A program made the translations under genes and the position numbers. Under the pieces are notes generated by a model. The model did no database searches, was not told the origin of the DNA, and saw nothing but the letters and a program-made list of their open reading frames with translations. From Naegleria gruberi (Eukaryota): a stretch of 64,000 nucleotides of DNA. The stretch lies in assembly GCA_000004985.1 (NCBI GenBank), contig GG738896.1, one strand, 5' to 3'. Shown one piece after another: positions 21,182 through 32,460 of this stretch (its first letter is position 1; every line of letters starts with the position of its first letter).

Positions 21182-22090
21182 ATGAGCAAAATCGTCAAGA
21201 ATCTAAGTTTGGGAACGATGGTTTTCCTGGTTGGAGGTCTGGGAGCCACTATGTGGATGCAAAACAAGAGATTTGAATCGGAGAGTAAGATGAAAGACCT
21301 TACCTCTCCTCAGCAGATACAAAAAATTTCCGAGTCTCTTTCACCTTCTGATTTTACTAATTATCCAATTGGACAAATAATACCACTTGATGAGGATTCA
21401 AAACTTGTTAGATTTGTACTTTCAAAGCAAGGAGAGCCATTGAGATTAAATTTAAACAAGACAATTTCTAAAGTAAATATTTTGGATCCGAGAAATAATG
21501 ATGAGAATAGCACAAAATATGTACAAGAGTTTTATCCGATTAATGCATGTGATACTGTTGGATTTTTGGATATTTTGGTGAGCAAGAAGGAACAACCAGA
21601 TTTATTTAAATCAAAAACAGGAATGAGTTTTGGAATTCAAGGACCTTTTGAATCGGAATTTCAATATGATAAAAAGGAAAATAAGAGTCCATCAATTACA
21701 TTGGTAGCTCAGGATGTGGAACATGGAATTTCTCCATCTTTTCAATTAATGTCTGAAATTTTGGTCAACTCCCAAGGAAATAAGAGTAATCAACCAAAGA
21801 TTCATCTCTATTATATTGTATCAAAATCAAATTATCTCTTGAGACAAAGTTTGGATGATTTAAAGATTCCATTCCAAGGAAAATTAGAAGTAACCACCAT
21901 CATGAATAAGGGTGATAAGAAACCATGGGAAGCTCTCTCAGAAAATCTTCACAATATCGAAAAACTCAGACAAAACTCCACCTCAGGATGTCCAATCATT
22001 ATCTGTGGAACCAAAGATTTTGAATCCAACATGAAATCCCACCTCTCCAAACATGATATTTCTTCCATTACTCTCCAAAAAGATCAATAA
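21182..22090 (+). CDS. Divergent NADH-cytochrome b5 reductase-like FAD/NAD(P)-binding oxidoreductase with an N-terminal TM anchor
   Basis: N-terminal anchor GTMVFLVGGLGATMW. EFYPINACDTVGFLDILV resembles the RxY(T/S) FAD motif region. VAQDVEHGISPSFQLM corresponds to the GGTGITPMLQ position. The PIIICGTKDFESNM motif sits where NAD(P)-binding CGPPPM would be. The canonical glycines are degenerate. Confidence 0.4.
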   Translation: MSKIVKNLSLGTMVFLVGGLGATMWMQNKRFESESKMKDLTSPQQIQKISESLSPSDFTNYPIGQIIPLDEDSKLVRFVLSKQGEPLRLNLNKTISKVNILDPRNNDENSTKYVQEFYPINACDTVGFLDILVSKKEQPDLFKSKTGMSFGIQGPFESEFQYDKKENKSPSITLVAQDVEHGISPSFQLMSEILVNSQGNKSNQPKIHLYYIVSKSNYLLRQSLDDLKIPFQGKLEVTTIMNKGDKKPWEALSENLHNIEKLRQNSTSGCPIIICGTKDFESNMKSHLSKHDISSITLQKDQ

Positions 22091-22324
22091 TCCACAAAAT
22101 TTCAAAATATATATCGAATTACTAGGATAAAATCAAATAAACCAATACAATGAAACTCAGCATTTTGACCCTTTTCAAAACCATTTCAATTCACTTGTAT
22201 TGTCTTCTAAATTAGAACCTGAAATGTCTATTCAAATTTCTTTTTATTTTTGAAAATTAAAAAACAATATCGCATCTTACTCCGAGTGTAATATATTTTC
22301 TATCCATCACAACACAGCAACAAT

Positions 22325-23032
22325 ATGAGTACGATAAGTAACGAGAGTAGTGATGATCTACCAAAATTTGTACTATATGGAAATCGTTTCTATCGTTCGA
22401 TTGGGATTTCTGTGGATGATTTAGATCCCGAAGGAGCTTTATATACCTATTTATTTAGTTTTGAAGAGGATGATGAAAATTCGCATCAACACAATACACT
22501 TGAATCATCAACAACTTCGGATCCATTATTGAATGCTACGGCAAATTCTACAAATGCCAATACAGATGTTACCACATTACGAAATGATGAAGAAAGTGAG
22601 GAGGATGATGTTGATGAAGATATGTCTGCTGGTACGTGGAGAATTAATAATTATTATAAAATTATGAAACACTTTATGATGATGATAATGCGGATTTAAT
22701 TTAATGAATTTATTCGAAAAGGAGGTGGAGCAGAATTAAGTTCTCATCAAACTCCTAATATTATACAACCTCCAAAGAGAGATGGACATGAATTTGATAT
22801 GCTACAATCAATTTATCAAGTTACAGGCCAATTATTAGCAAGTGCTGAAGAGAGAAGAGTAATTATTACCTATGTCTTGTGGTTTATTAATTTATCTTTG
22901 AAAAACGAAGAATCAGAAAGAAAAAAGATTGCCAGCTCAATTAAGAGGACTGAATTGGAACAAAATTTGATTGATATTGGTTTTAAGGAACAATCATCAA
23001 TTTACAAACATGTTAAACATATTTATGAATAA
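22325..23032 (+). CDS. Hypothetical acidic protein; probable 2 exons (about 22325..22631, 22722..23032)
   Basis: Donor ATGTCTGCTG|gtacgt. Acceptor cgaaaag|GAGGTGG. Phase 1 is consistent with ORF 22799... No recognisable domain. Confidence 0.35.
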
Positions 23033-23187
23033 TTTGTTTAACAATTTTGTGTAATTGATTCTGTAAATATTTCTATTGTATTAGTTCTTGGCAACATTGA
23101 TTCTTTTTTCAATATTGTTCGATTATCAGCCTTGACTGTAGCCCAATGGTTTTTACACCTGTCAACAATCCAAAATTATAATAAAAA

Positions 23188-25698
23188 ATGGTAATTCATC
23201 AACCACAAGACTCCGCTCAGCAGCAACAGCAACAACAAGAATTAAATTTAAAAACCGTCAAAGTACCTATCGAAGTACAAAAACCACTCCTCTCTTCCTC
23301 TATTCTAAACTCTGAAGATTCCAATGATCCACAAACTGTTCTCACTGAACAAATTGTTCAACAATTGATGGACTATAGAGAGGAAGCTATCGCCAAGGGA
23401 TACCTAACTCTGAATATTCCCTTGCCACCAAATTTAAATTCCTCAACTTCTAATTTCACAACCGACTCACAAACTCTGAAACAATTTATGAGTGAGACGA
23501 ATCCTAAAGTTGAGAAATGTAAACCACAACATCAAGATAAACTTCACAATCATGAATTGAAGAGAGTTACTAAACATATACAGGGACAAGTTGAAAAATC
23601 ACTGATTAGTCAGTCGGAAGTTTCAAATCCATTGATGGATAGAGAACAGTGGTTGGCTCGTGCATTGAAGAGAAATCCAACTGCTTTGGCTTTGATGGAA
23701 AGAATGCGTCCTCTCAGTAAACACCCTTCTAATTGTACTGCTCTGACTCAAGTTCCAAGCGTTGGTGGTGGTCTGAGAGCTAGTTCAAGTTTTAGAAAGA
23801 AGGCCTCTTCATCATCTGGAAATTTGACCGATCAAAATTCTCCAAGAATTTCCACAAATTTACAAAGAAATGGAAGTGATCATAATATTGGCGGAAGTGT
23901 GAATATGACTTTATTAAATTCAATGAATGAGAGTGGATCAAGAGATTCTGTTAGTAATTTAATTTCATCCACAACTTCAATTTCTGGTGGAAGTACCACA
24001 AATTTATTGAAATTGATGGATATGGCAGGAAATGCAACTGATAGTGCTGGTGTTTTGAACGAAGAAGGAAAGAAGAGTATTTTGGATTATTCTAGCATTT
24101 TGGGTACTGTTGAAAATAGAGAAGTTCTCTCACGTGAAGCTCTTCTCCAATTGATCTATCAACATTTTGCTCAACGTGGACTTTATAAGACTATTCAAAC
24201 TATGGAAGAAGAAACAGGTATCAGATATAACGGCTTCAGATCAGAAAAGAATGCCAATAAGGATACACTCGTTACTACACTCCTCAGTCTTGGTATTAAA
24301 GATATTGAAAAGCCATACGCAATGCCACAATCAGATTTGGTCGATTTGGAAGCTGATGTAGAGATTCAAACTTCAAGTATTTATCATCACTTTGATGAAG
24401 ATTACGTTGATGACATGAAGAAACCATTGTGGGCTGAAATTAGTCATGCAGAGGAAGATGCAGAATATGTGGATGGTCATGACTTGAGAGGTGCTACATT
24501 GAACAAACTTATTGAAAAATTGACAAGTACAAGTGCTGATGGTAAATTCATTCAGTGCTTCCTTGTCACTTATCGTTCTTTCACAGTTCCTGAAATTTTA
24601 CTTCAAAAGCTTTGTCAAAGATATAGAGTTCCAAAATCTATTCCAGAAAGCGAAAAGGTACAAATTCAATTGAGAACTGGTGTTATTTTCAACAAGTGGA
24701 TTGAAGAATACTTTTCCTTGGATTGGAACGAAAACATGATTCGTGATTTTATTGTTTTCATTGAAGATTTCCTCTTGAAATATAGAAAGTTGGCCAAGAT
24801 GGGTGAAAAACTCAAACAAAAACTCGCTCAAAAATTGGCCTCCAGAAACAGAGAAACTGCCTTGGTTTTCAGTGAACAATCCCAAGCACCTGACGTACCA
24901 AGAAATGTCTTTTCACCAAAGCTTTCCATTTGGGACATTAAGGAAGAAGAATTGGCCAAACAAATTACATTCATGGATCACAACTTGTATCGTAACATTG
25001 AAGCTCACGAATTGTTGAATTGCTCTTGGTCTAAACCAAAACTCAGACATCGTTCCAAGCACGTTTTACTCAGTAGTGAATTTTTCAACAAACTTTCCAA
25101 TTGGTTCTCATGTCAAATTATTACCGAAGATTCATTGAGAGAAAGAAAGGCCAAATTGACCAAACTCATGAAAATTGCTGTAGCCATGTTCAGACTCAAT
25201 AACTTTAATTCATTGATGGCCCTCAACTCTGTCTACTCAAGTTCAGGTGTCTTCCGTTTGAAGTATGCCATAGGTGAAATCGACGAAGGAACCAAGAAGG
25301 ACTTTACTGATGCCATTGCTGTCATGTCCAACGATTCAAGCTCCAAGAGATACCGTACCTACATTAAGCAAGAAGCTAAACCACCTTTGAATATTTATTT
25401 GGGTATTTATTTGACCGATTTGACCATGATTGAAGATGGTAATCCAGATGTGATCAAACATCCAAAGACTCAAAGAAGTTTAATTAACTGGAAGAAGAGA
25501 CAATTGGTTGCCAATACTATTTCTGAAGTTATGCAGTACAAGAATCCACCTTACAATATTCAACAAGTGCACCAAATTCAAGAATTACTCAAGAATACTT
25601 TCGAAAATCATGAAATGGTTGAAGAAAAGAAACTCTTTGAAAAATCACTCATTACCGAACCAAGAAGTGTTCAAAGAAAAGAAGATTTGAAACAATAA
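23188..25698 (+). CDS. Ras guanine-nucleotide exchange factor with LisH, RasGEF N-terminal (REM) and CDC25 catalytic domains
   Basis: LisH (ALLQLIYQHFAQRGLYKTIQTMEEETGI). REM (LRGATLNKLIEKLTSTSADGKFIQCFLVTYRSFTVPEILLQKL). CDC25 domain (EELAKQITFMDHNLYRNIEAHELL ... LNIYLGIYLTDLTMIEDGNPD). Single exon, 836 aa. Confidence 0.8.
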   Translation: MVIHQPQDSAQQQQQQQELNLKTVKVPIEVQKPLLSSSILNSEDSNDPQTVLTEQIVQQLMDYREEAIAKGYLTLNIPLPPNLNSSTSNFTTDSQTLKQFMSETNPKVEKCKPQHQDKLHNHELKRVTKHIQGQVEKSLISQSEVSNPLMDREQWLARALKRNPTALALMERMRPLSKHPSNCTALTQVPSVGGGLRASSSFRKKASSSSGNLTDQNSPRISTNLQRNGSDHNIGGSVNMTLLNSMNESGSRDSVSNLISSTTSISGGSTTNLLKLMDMAGNATDSAGVLNEEGKKSILDYSSILGTVENREVLSREALLQLIYQHFAQRGLYKTIQTMEEETGIRYNGFRSEKNANKDTLVTTLLSLGIKDIEKPYAMPQSDLVDLEADVEIQTSSIYHHFDEDYVDDMKKPLWAEISHAEEDAEYVDGHDLRGATLNKLIEKLTSTSADGKFIQCFLVTYRSFTVPEILLQKLCQRYRVPKSIPESEKVQIQLRTGVIFNKWIEEYFSLDWNENMIRDFIVFIEDFLLKYRKLAKMGEKLKQKLAQKLASRNRETALVFSEQSQAPDVPRNVFSPKLSIWDIKEEELAKQITFMDHNLYRNIEAHELLNCSWSKPKLRHRSKHVLLSSEFFNKLSNWFSCQIITEDSLRERKAKLTKLMKIAVAMFRLNNFNSLMALNSVYSSSGVFRLKYAIGEIDEGTKKDFTDAIAVMSNDSSSKRYRTYIKQEAKPPLNIYLGIYLTDLTMIEDGNPDVIKHPKTQRSLINWKKRQLVANTISEVMQYKNPPYNIQQVHQIQELLKNTFENHEMVEEKKLFEKSLITEPRSVQRKEDLKQ

Positions 25699-25836
25699 GG
25701 CTCTGTAACTTATTTTCCAATGAATTGTACCATATAATAAACCTTTAGTTTCGTATTAATCTGTATGTAATATTGAAATGGAAAATTATTTGAAATGCTT
25801 TTAGCAGATTAAGGATAGCAAAAAATTAGTAAAATT

Positions 25837-25909
25837 TATACCCTGTGGGACTCGAACCCACAACCCCCGGCTCCGTAGGCCGATGCTCTTCCAATTGAGC
25901 CAAGGGTAC
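25837..25909 (-). tRNA. tRNA-Arg (anticodon ACG)
   Basis: The reverse complement reads GTACCCT TG GCTC AATTGGAA GAGC A TCGGC CTACGGA GCCGG GGGTT GTGGG TTCGAGT CCCAC AGGGTAT A. The CTACGGA anticodon loop matches eukaryotic tRNA-Arg-ACG. The T-loop is TTCGAGT. The cloverleaf has a G1-U72 wobble. Confidence 0.8.
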
Positions 25910-26073
25910 TTTCTTTGAAGTGATATCATTATTCTTTTTATCATTTCCCTTTTTTGTACAGCTAAGGTTCAAGTTTAATAATGCAGTATTAATAATTGTG
26001 GGATTTGAACATTATCCTTAGTGCTTTGAGTTATTAATAACCGTACCAAATTGTATTACACCTCGGAAAAAAA

Positions 26074-26946
26074 ATGTCCAAAAACCAATTCGATTTGTTG
26101 GGAGATGATTCGCTAGTTAAAGATTACGAAAAACACAGAATCATTAATGAAAGAAATCAACCACTACTCTTCCGATCACTAAAAGAAAAAGAAAAATCGA
26201 AAAAGCGAACCAAAAGAGCTGAATTTGAACTAATATATGATATTGAGTATTTGTGGTTTATAGTATTGGAGTTTCTTCCTTTGAGAGATTTATTAAGATG
26301 CTCCGTAGTGAATAAATTCACATGTGGATTGATTCATTCCTATAATTGTTATGGAGAAATATTGAAAAGAGATTTCTTTAATAACAATGAAAATGATAAG
26401 AAAGAGATGGGAAAAATTGTAAAGAATATCGATAATACTGGAGTTTTTGCTTACTTGATTCAGGATTTTATTGGAAAAGCCAAGTTAACTCCTCAAAAAT
26501 TACAAACAATTAAGAATACTATTATGCAAGAACCAGACTCTAAAATGAAGAGAATATTTGGAAAGATTTATTTGGCCATTGAGGAGGAGATTGAAAGTGT
26601 ACAAGAAGAGGCAGAGCTATTGAAGCAACATGTTAGAAGCTTCTTGATTGAAAAGCTTTCTAAAAAGAAGACTGAAAATATGAAAACTAAGGTTAAGGAA
26701 TGTGCTCACAACCATTGTGCAATTTCTCAAATCAGTTTACCTCCATTTACATTCAGACTCGAGTGCTTGGATTGTAAAGTGGCTGCAAGTACCAACTTTA
26801 GGCCAGAAAATGTTTTCAGAAAGGAAGTTCGATCAAGACTATGTAGATACCGAGTTCTGGACACATCAACCAAATTTGACAAGTATGTCTTGAATACTAC
26901 TTCACATTCTTTTGAATTTGATCCAGATACTGTGTATAATTGCTAA
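26074..26946 (+). CDS. F-box domain protein, hypothetical
   Basis: LWFIVLEFLPLRDLLRCSVVNKFTCGLI is an F-box. The rest of the protein has no recognisable domain. It ends with a Cys-rich CAHNHCAISQ..CLDCKVAAS segment. Confidence 0.5.
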   Translation: MSKNQFDLLGDDSLVKDYEKHRIINERNQPLLFRSLKEKEKSKKRTKRAEFELIYDIEYLWFIVLEFLPLRDLLRCSVVNKFTCGLIHSYNCYGEILKRDFFNNNENDKKEMGKIVKNIDNTGVFAYLIQDFIGKAKLTPQKLQTIKNTIMQEPDSKMKRIFGKIYLAIEEEIESVQEEAELLKQHVRSFLIEKLSKKKTENMKTKVKECAHNHCAISQISLPPFTFRLECLDCKVAASTNFRPENVFRKEVRSRLCRYRVLDTSTKFDKYVLNTTSHSFEFDPDTVYNC

Positions 26947-26995
26947 GATAATGAATGGGATTAAATAATTCAATTTATTTCTTTATAAAACAAAA

Positions 26996-27952
26996 ATGCA
27001 CAAGCAAATACCTTCACCATCCTCAACTTTGATCAAACTTGATAAATTCTCAGATACTGATGATTGGCCAGTACAAGTTTCGGAATGGACTTGTCCAAGT
27101 TGTTCTCATCAAAATCAAAAATCATACAAGTGTTGTGAAAATTGTTCTTTCCAATCATCTCAATTCTTTTTCAATAACAGAGGAGCACACTTTAAATCGG
27201 AGAAGAAGATTGACAAGTTTTATCAAGTTTTTAAAAAGAAAAAGGTTTTCCTACCTGTAGTCCACGTTTGGGATGTTGCTCATGCTCTAAAGAATGCAAA
27301 ATTACTCTACGATCATCACGTAGATGGTCTCTTTCTCATCAATAATAATTGCTCGGCTGACATCTTGATCGATGCTATTAAAAGTGTTAGAAGGGAATTT
27401 CCAGACAAGTGGCTTGGTATTAATATTTTGGGTATTTCTATTAGGGAATTATTTCTGAAGATTGCTGATTTGGATTTTGATGGATTGTGGTTGGATAGTG
27501 CCATGATTACTGAGGAGAGTGAATTCCAGAATATTGCAGAATTCATTCAGGATCAATTGGGGAGTATGAATTTCAAAGGATTGTACTTTGGTGGAATTGC
27601 ATTTAAATATCAGAGGACTGTTATCAAAGATTTGAAAAAAGTAATTGATATTGCTAGCAGCTATGTGGATGTTATTCTCACATCAGGTGAAGCAACTGGA
27701 ATGCAAATTAAGGAGGAAAAACTGAAAAAGTTTACAGAGCTAGTCAAATGTAATCCTTTAGGAATAGCTTCTGGTGTGACGAATAAGAATTTGATCACAT
27801 CAATTAAACATGCAGATGTGTTCATTGTTGGTACATATATTGAGCACTACGTAACAGGAGATATTGTTGAGGAGAAGCTGGAAGAAATGTTAAAACTATT
27901 TCAAATGTACAATGAAATGCTAGAGAAGAGGAAGCAAGATGATATTCAGTAA
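26996..27952 (+). CDS. RanBP2-type zinc finger fused to a BtpA/SgcQ-family TIM-barrel protein
   Basis: ZnF_RBZ: WTCPSCSHQNQKSYKCCENC. BtpA-like motifs: DVILTSGEATGMQ, PLGIASGVTNKN, ADVFIVGTYIE. Confidence 0.5.
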   Translation: MHKQIPSPSSTLIKLDKFSDTDDWPVQVSEWTCPSCSHQNQKSYKCCENCSFQSSQFFFNNRGAHFKSEKKIDKFYQVFKKKKVFLPVVHVWDVAHALKNAKLLYDHHVDGLFLINNNCSADILIDAIKSVRREFPDKWLGINILGISIRELFLKIADLDFDGLWLDSAMITEESEFQNIAEFIQDQLGSMNFKGLYFGGIAFKYQRTVIKDLKKVIDIASSYVDVILTSGEATGMQIKEEKLKKFTELVKCNPLGIASGVTNKNLITSIKHADVFIVGTYIEHYVTGDIVEEKLEEMLKLFQMYNEMLEKRKQDDIQ

Positions 27953-27960
27953 GGAATAAA

Positions 27961-29429
27961 TTAAATCTTTTTTAGTTTGACAGTAAATGAATTATTGGCA
28001 GAGCTGGTAATTGTTCTTATGGAGTGACCTTGTAATTCCTCAGATTCTCCATATTGTGCTACACTCGAGGAAGAAAATTGGAAAATTTGACCACCACTTC
28101 CTTGTGATGAGAGAGGTGTGGGTATTTCTCTTCCTTGATACTCGTTCAATCTTCCAGTTTCATCCTTGAAATCTTTCACTGAGCAAATAAAATCTGGATT
28201 CATCTTGCTTACCGATTCACATACATCCAAAAAACTGTGTGGGAGGATGTATCCGCCACTGACCTCCAGTGAGTAAGGTTTGTTATTGCCATTCTCGTTA
28301 TTTGTTCTTGGGAATAATTTACATTTTTTCAAGGTGGAATTAATGAAAATATGTGGACTGATTATTTGAGGAACATCATAATCTAAAAATCTCAAATGAT
28401 AATTTCCCAAAAAGTCAATTAGTGAGTGAAGATTGCTTCGTCCAATAATAACCAAGTACCTATACTGATTGCTGATTTCCTCTGGTCTGGATGCCAACAT
28501 GACGTTATCTGCCTCAGTTCTCATCTCTGGCTTATTCACAGAATGTTCACTAAATTCAATGTCCTCAGCTTTCAATCTACTAATTAAATCCGAACTTGGC
28601 TGAGAGACGATACACCTTTTGGCTTTTGATGAAAAGGCAGATTCGTTTAAAAAGATGAAGGAACTTTTCTGGCCATAATCTGGAAGGAGGTAAAAGTAAG
28701 GGCATAGACCTTCAATGAAGGATGTGAAAACTGAAATTAATGCCTCACACCAACAATTATACCTCTCATTTAAAAACTCGATATCTAATCTTTGTAAATT
28801 CTTATCAAAAGTCTCATAAACATCTGACAAATTTTCCAAATTTTCTCTGTTATAGTTAGGTAATTCTCTTATTTTGGAATACATAGAGTGAGGTAAAAGA
28901 GATGAAGGATAAATATGATAGAGAAGGCCTTTGAAGAATTCACTTGAGGTTTGCGGTTCTTGATGAATTGGTGAAGGAGTCATTGGACTCTGACTAAAAC
29001 TTTGTGAAAATCTCGTATTCGTTACAACATTACTAGTAGAGTTACCAGTTACAAAACTGGACAATCCCACAACTTTAGAATTTCCACTAATATTATTCGT
29101 CCAAATAAAATTCGCCGATGACTTGAAAGTTATAAATGTTTTCAAAGTATAATCAATAGGAATATTCTTGATCAATTTAACATCCAATTCTCTTTCCTGA
29201 TTGGCAATCTTTTTCTTATTCGCTACTGCTGATGGCTTTCCCAAAAGAGCAAATCCTTGAAAGAGTTTCTTTTTCTGCTCTTCGGAAACTTGTCTCTTGG
29301 TAGCACCCACTCCGAGATTTAATAATTTATTGTCAGCCTCCGTCAGCTTTGGCTTCTTGCTTTCGGTGGTAGATGAGGAATCGGCAGAAGACGAGTGATG
29401 ATCATTTTCAGAAGGGGAGGATCTTTTCA
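27961..29429 (-). CDS. Hypothetical protein with a basic, probably nuclear N-terminus
   Basis: The ORF track starts at a TTG. The first ATG is at about 29429 in an aaaaaaaaATGAAAAG context. Lys-rich N-terminus (KKPKLTEADNKLLNLGVGATKRQVSEEQKKKLFQGF). No assignable domain. Confidence 0.45.
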
Positions 29430-29529
29430 TTTTTTTTTGAATTTGTTTTTTATTAAATTTTGGCGCCAAATTTGAGTTATTCAACAGTTATTTGTTAATA
29501 TCTCAAAGTGTTTAAATAGTATTTGACAA

Positions 29530-31849
29530 TTATTGTGTAATTTGGAATACTTCAATTTCTAAAACTCTAAAATTAGCACATCCAGCCAAATATTTCGAAA
29601 TAGACTTTGAACTATAATTGCCCGTATCTGGAAGGTAATACGTGTGTCCAAATTTCGAATAAGAATTGAGATTTTCATTGCAATTATCAGCAATGCAAAA
29701 GTCATTTCCACCTCCAAATATTGGTAAATAAGAAGCTTTTGCAGAAATAGCAAATCTGTGTTGACCTGGCTTGATATTGAACTTGTTAAAAATATATACC
29801 ATTCCATTGCTAGTCACTTTTTGAAATATTTTAAAGATGAAAGCTGAAGTATCAGAGACGTATTCTACACCAGTGTTAGCCCAACTTTGCATTGTGAATC
29901 CTCCAAAAATATGTCCAAAATCTGACTGAATAATTGTAAGAGTAGGTCCCTTATTATCACAAAGTTCATGGAATTTTGATGCCTTGAAACCATCTCTTGA
30001 ACCTCTGTAGAGTAGAGTGGGCTTAATACGAGATTTGGTATGAACATTAATCTCATTGAACATTCTAGAATTTGGAATAATATTTGAGTTGAAAAAAATG
30101 TTCTTGAATTTTTCAGAATTACAATCAAAGGTATCATTATCGGCATTGAAAATGGCTTGTTCGAAATTGGAATTGGCAAAATCACACATTCTCAATTTAC
30201 ATGTGGAAAAGTTGCACTTTTTCAAGTTCGAGTCAAGAAATTTGCACTTGTCGAATAGCAAGTTCTTGAATTGATAATTTTCAAAGTTAATGGAATGGAA
30301 GGAACATTCGGTGAAGGTAATGTCATACAATTGAGATTCGGGAAATACGAATTCTCTATCGAAAGAGCATCTCCAAAATTCCACACATATGATTTCACAA
30401 TTTTCAAATTTGGTTTGGAAGGAACAATCTGAAAATCCAATATTCAACAATTTGCAGTCCTTAAACTTGTTGTTTTTCAAGTTTTCTAAATGACAATTTT
30501 CAAATGTGAAATCTGAAAATATGCATTCAGTAAAGCAATACGCCAAATTTAAATTGGTTTCGAATAGAGATCCAATCTGACTGTGTTTGACTTCTATACC
30601 TTGAATTGTAAGAGAGTTAAGTAAATCAGGGGAAATTTTGGAAAGATTAATTTGACACTTTTTCAATGTACTTCCCTTAATTGTATTCGAAAAATCGAAA
30701 TGTCTCATGTCCATATCAGAAAATGTGCATACATTGAGAGTACATTCTTTGCATTGCAAACTCTTTACACCAGTAAAGAACGATCCATCAAGAGTACAAT
30801 TCACAAACCTGCAACTTTCAATATTATTTGATTGATTGAATTGAAGTTGAACTCGACATGAAATCATTTTAGCACCTGCAAAGTTTGCCTTATCAATCAA
30901 ACAATTCTCAAATCTCACATTTCTAAATGTAGTTTTGGAAAAGTCACAATTAATGAAATCATAATGATAGGAGAATGTAATTAATGCAATTTCCATTCCA
31001 CTGAATTTCATATTTCTAAAGTATTTGGAATTCATGTGATTGTTAAATAATTGACCAAGTGTACTATTGATTGGAATTTTCTTCAATTCCTTCCAATAAT
31101 TCTTCAACTTGAAAACCTTACAAGCAGAAATCAATTGTTGCTTCAAAGTTGGTGATAAATCACTACTTGCAATGATATTGCCAAACTTGAACCATTCCAA
31201 TAGGTGCTTGAATACTGTTGGATCACAATCAACAAAGAAGGAACCATTCTTTTCGGTAAAGATATTGGTTCTTTCACCTTTCAATAATTTGATGAATAGA
31301 TTGGTTTCGTCCTCTCTTTTTGTGGAGGTGAAATATTTCTTATTGGTCATTATTAGTTGACCACCAATATTGAAATATATTGGATCCAGTTCCATTTCGT
31401 CATCATCGTCATCTTCAAACTCATCTTCGGATTGTTCTTCTTCAACTTGTTTCTTTTCTGCCTCCTCAACTGCTTCTTTTTGCTTTCGTTCAATTTCTTC
31501 CAAAATTGTCTTCCTTGTTGAACATTCTTCCAAATGTTCTAGAATTCTCCCTCTAGCTTCTTCTTTATTGCAATAACTACAAACTACCATCAGCTTGTCA
31601 ATGTAGTTTTTAATGTTTTTCGGAGCAGGTTTAGTTTGAAAATTGGCATCATGACATTTAGGACAAGTTGAAAGGGACTTGGCACATGCTAAACAAAACA
31701 TATTTTCACAAATAGTATGGAAAACAGGATCAGACAATGGCAGAGAACAGGAAGAACACAGCCACTCTTCTTCTACCTTCTCCACAAACGAAAAATCGAG
31801 TATTGTCGCATGAGATTGTGGTGTCACCTGCTGCTTCACTGTCAACATT
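29530..31849 (-). CDS. RING finger + TRAF-type zinc finger + BTB/POZ (T1/KCTD-type) + pentapeptide repeats + C-terminal TLDc domain (KCTD9-like core with extra RING/TRAF and TLDc)
   Basis: RING: CSSCSLPLSDPVFHTICENMFCLACAKSLSTCPKCHD. TRAF ZnF: CSYCNKEEARGRILEHLEEC. BTB: IYFNIGGQLIMTNKKYFTSTKRED..FVDCDPTVFKHLLEWFKFGNI. More than 30 A(N/D)LxF-type pentapeptide repeats follow. TLDc: LLYRGSRDGFKASKFHELCDNKGPTLTIIQSDFGHIFGGFTMQSW. ATG at about 31849; the track's 31866 is a TTG. Confidence 0.75.
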
Positions 31850-32460
31850 TTTTTTTCAAGGAACAATTTCCATAAAAGGGTGGTTTGACTGTGATTGATT
31901 ATATTGGTTACGATTCAATAATGGAAGGTTTAACTTTAAATACCATTATTGTAAAATATTGTAAAATATGTTAACAACCGAAATACTCGTACTATTATCC
32001 AAAGAAAACCTTAATATTTCAAATAAAGTTGTCGGTAAGAGCTCCGATTATGGAATTTTATGGTATGAAATCATTAAGGTGATTTTTCATAAAAGGTTTT
32101 GCATAGAATAGCCCCTATATTGAGAGCAAACAACGTACACTCCTCAACTTCTCAGATTTTCCACTCTGGGTTGATTCTTTACTTTTGATTGATTTGTAAA
32201 ATATCCGAGTAAGATGGTTTTGAATAATGGTTCCAAAAACTCTACAAAGCATCTTATGTAGCTTCCATTAAGCCAGAAGCAAGTTGTTGTGTGCAGAACA
32301 ACACTGTATCAACACGCAAAACTCACCTTGCTCAAATTATTACTGAGAAAAAAAAGAACAAACCTATTTAACCTTATAAACTCAACAGTGCCTAATTTCC
32401 CATCTGCTTGGAGTGAATTGTGGGGTGCCATCTGTAAAAGATTCTTAGAGGATAACGAAA

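Noticed and set aside
27961-29429. Attempt to assign the basic nuclear-looking protein to a named replication/chromatin family (PIP-box-like QKKKLFQGF)
   Set aside because: The motif does not fit the PIP-box spacing, and I recognise no confident family match. Left as hypothetical.
31960-31990. Short tandem duplication attgtaaaat attgtaaaat in the intergenic region upstream of the BTB-TLDc gene
   Set aside because: Only two copies of a 10-12-mer in AT-rich intergenic DNA. This is not above the background expected for this composition.
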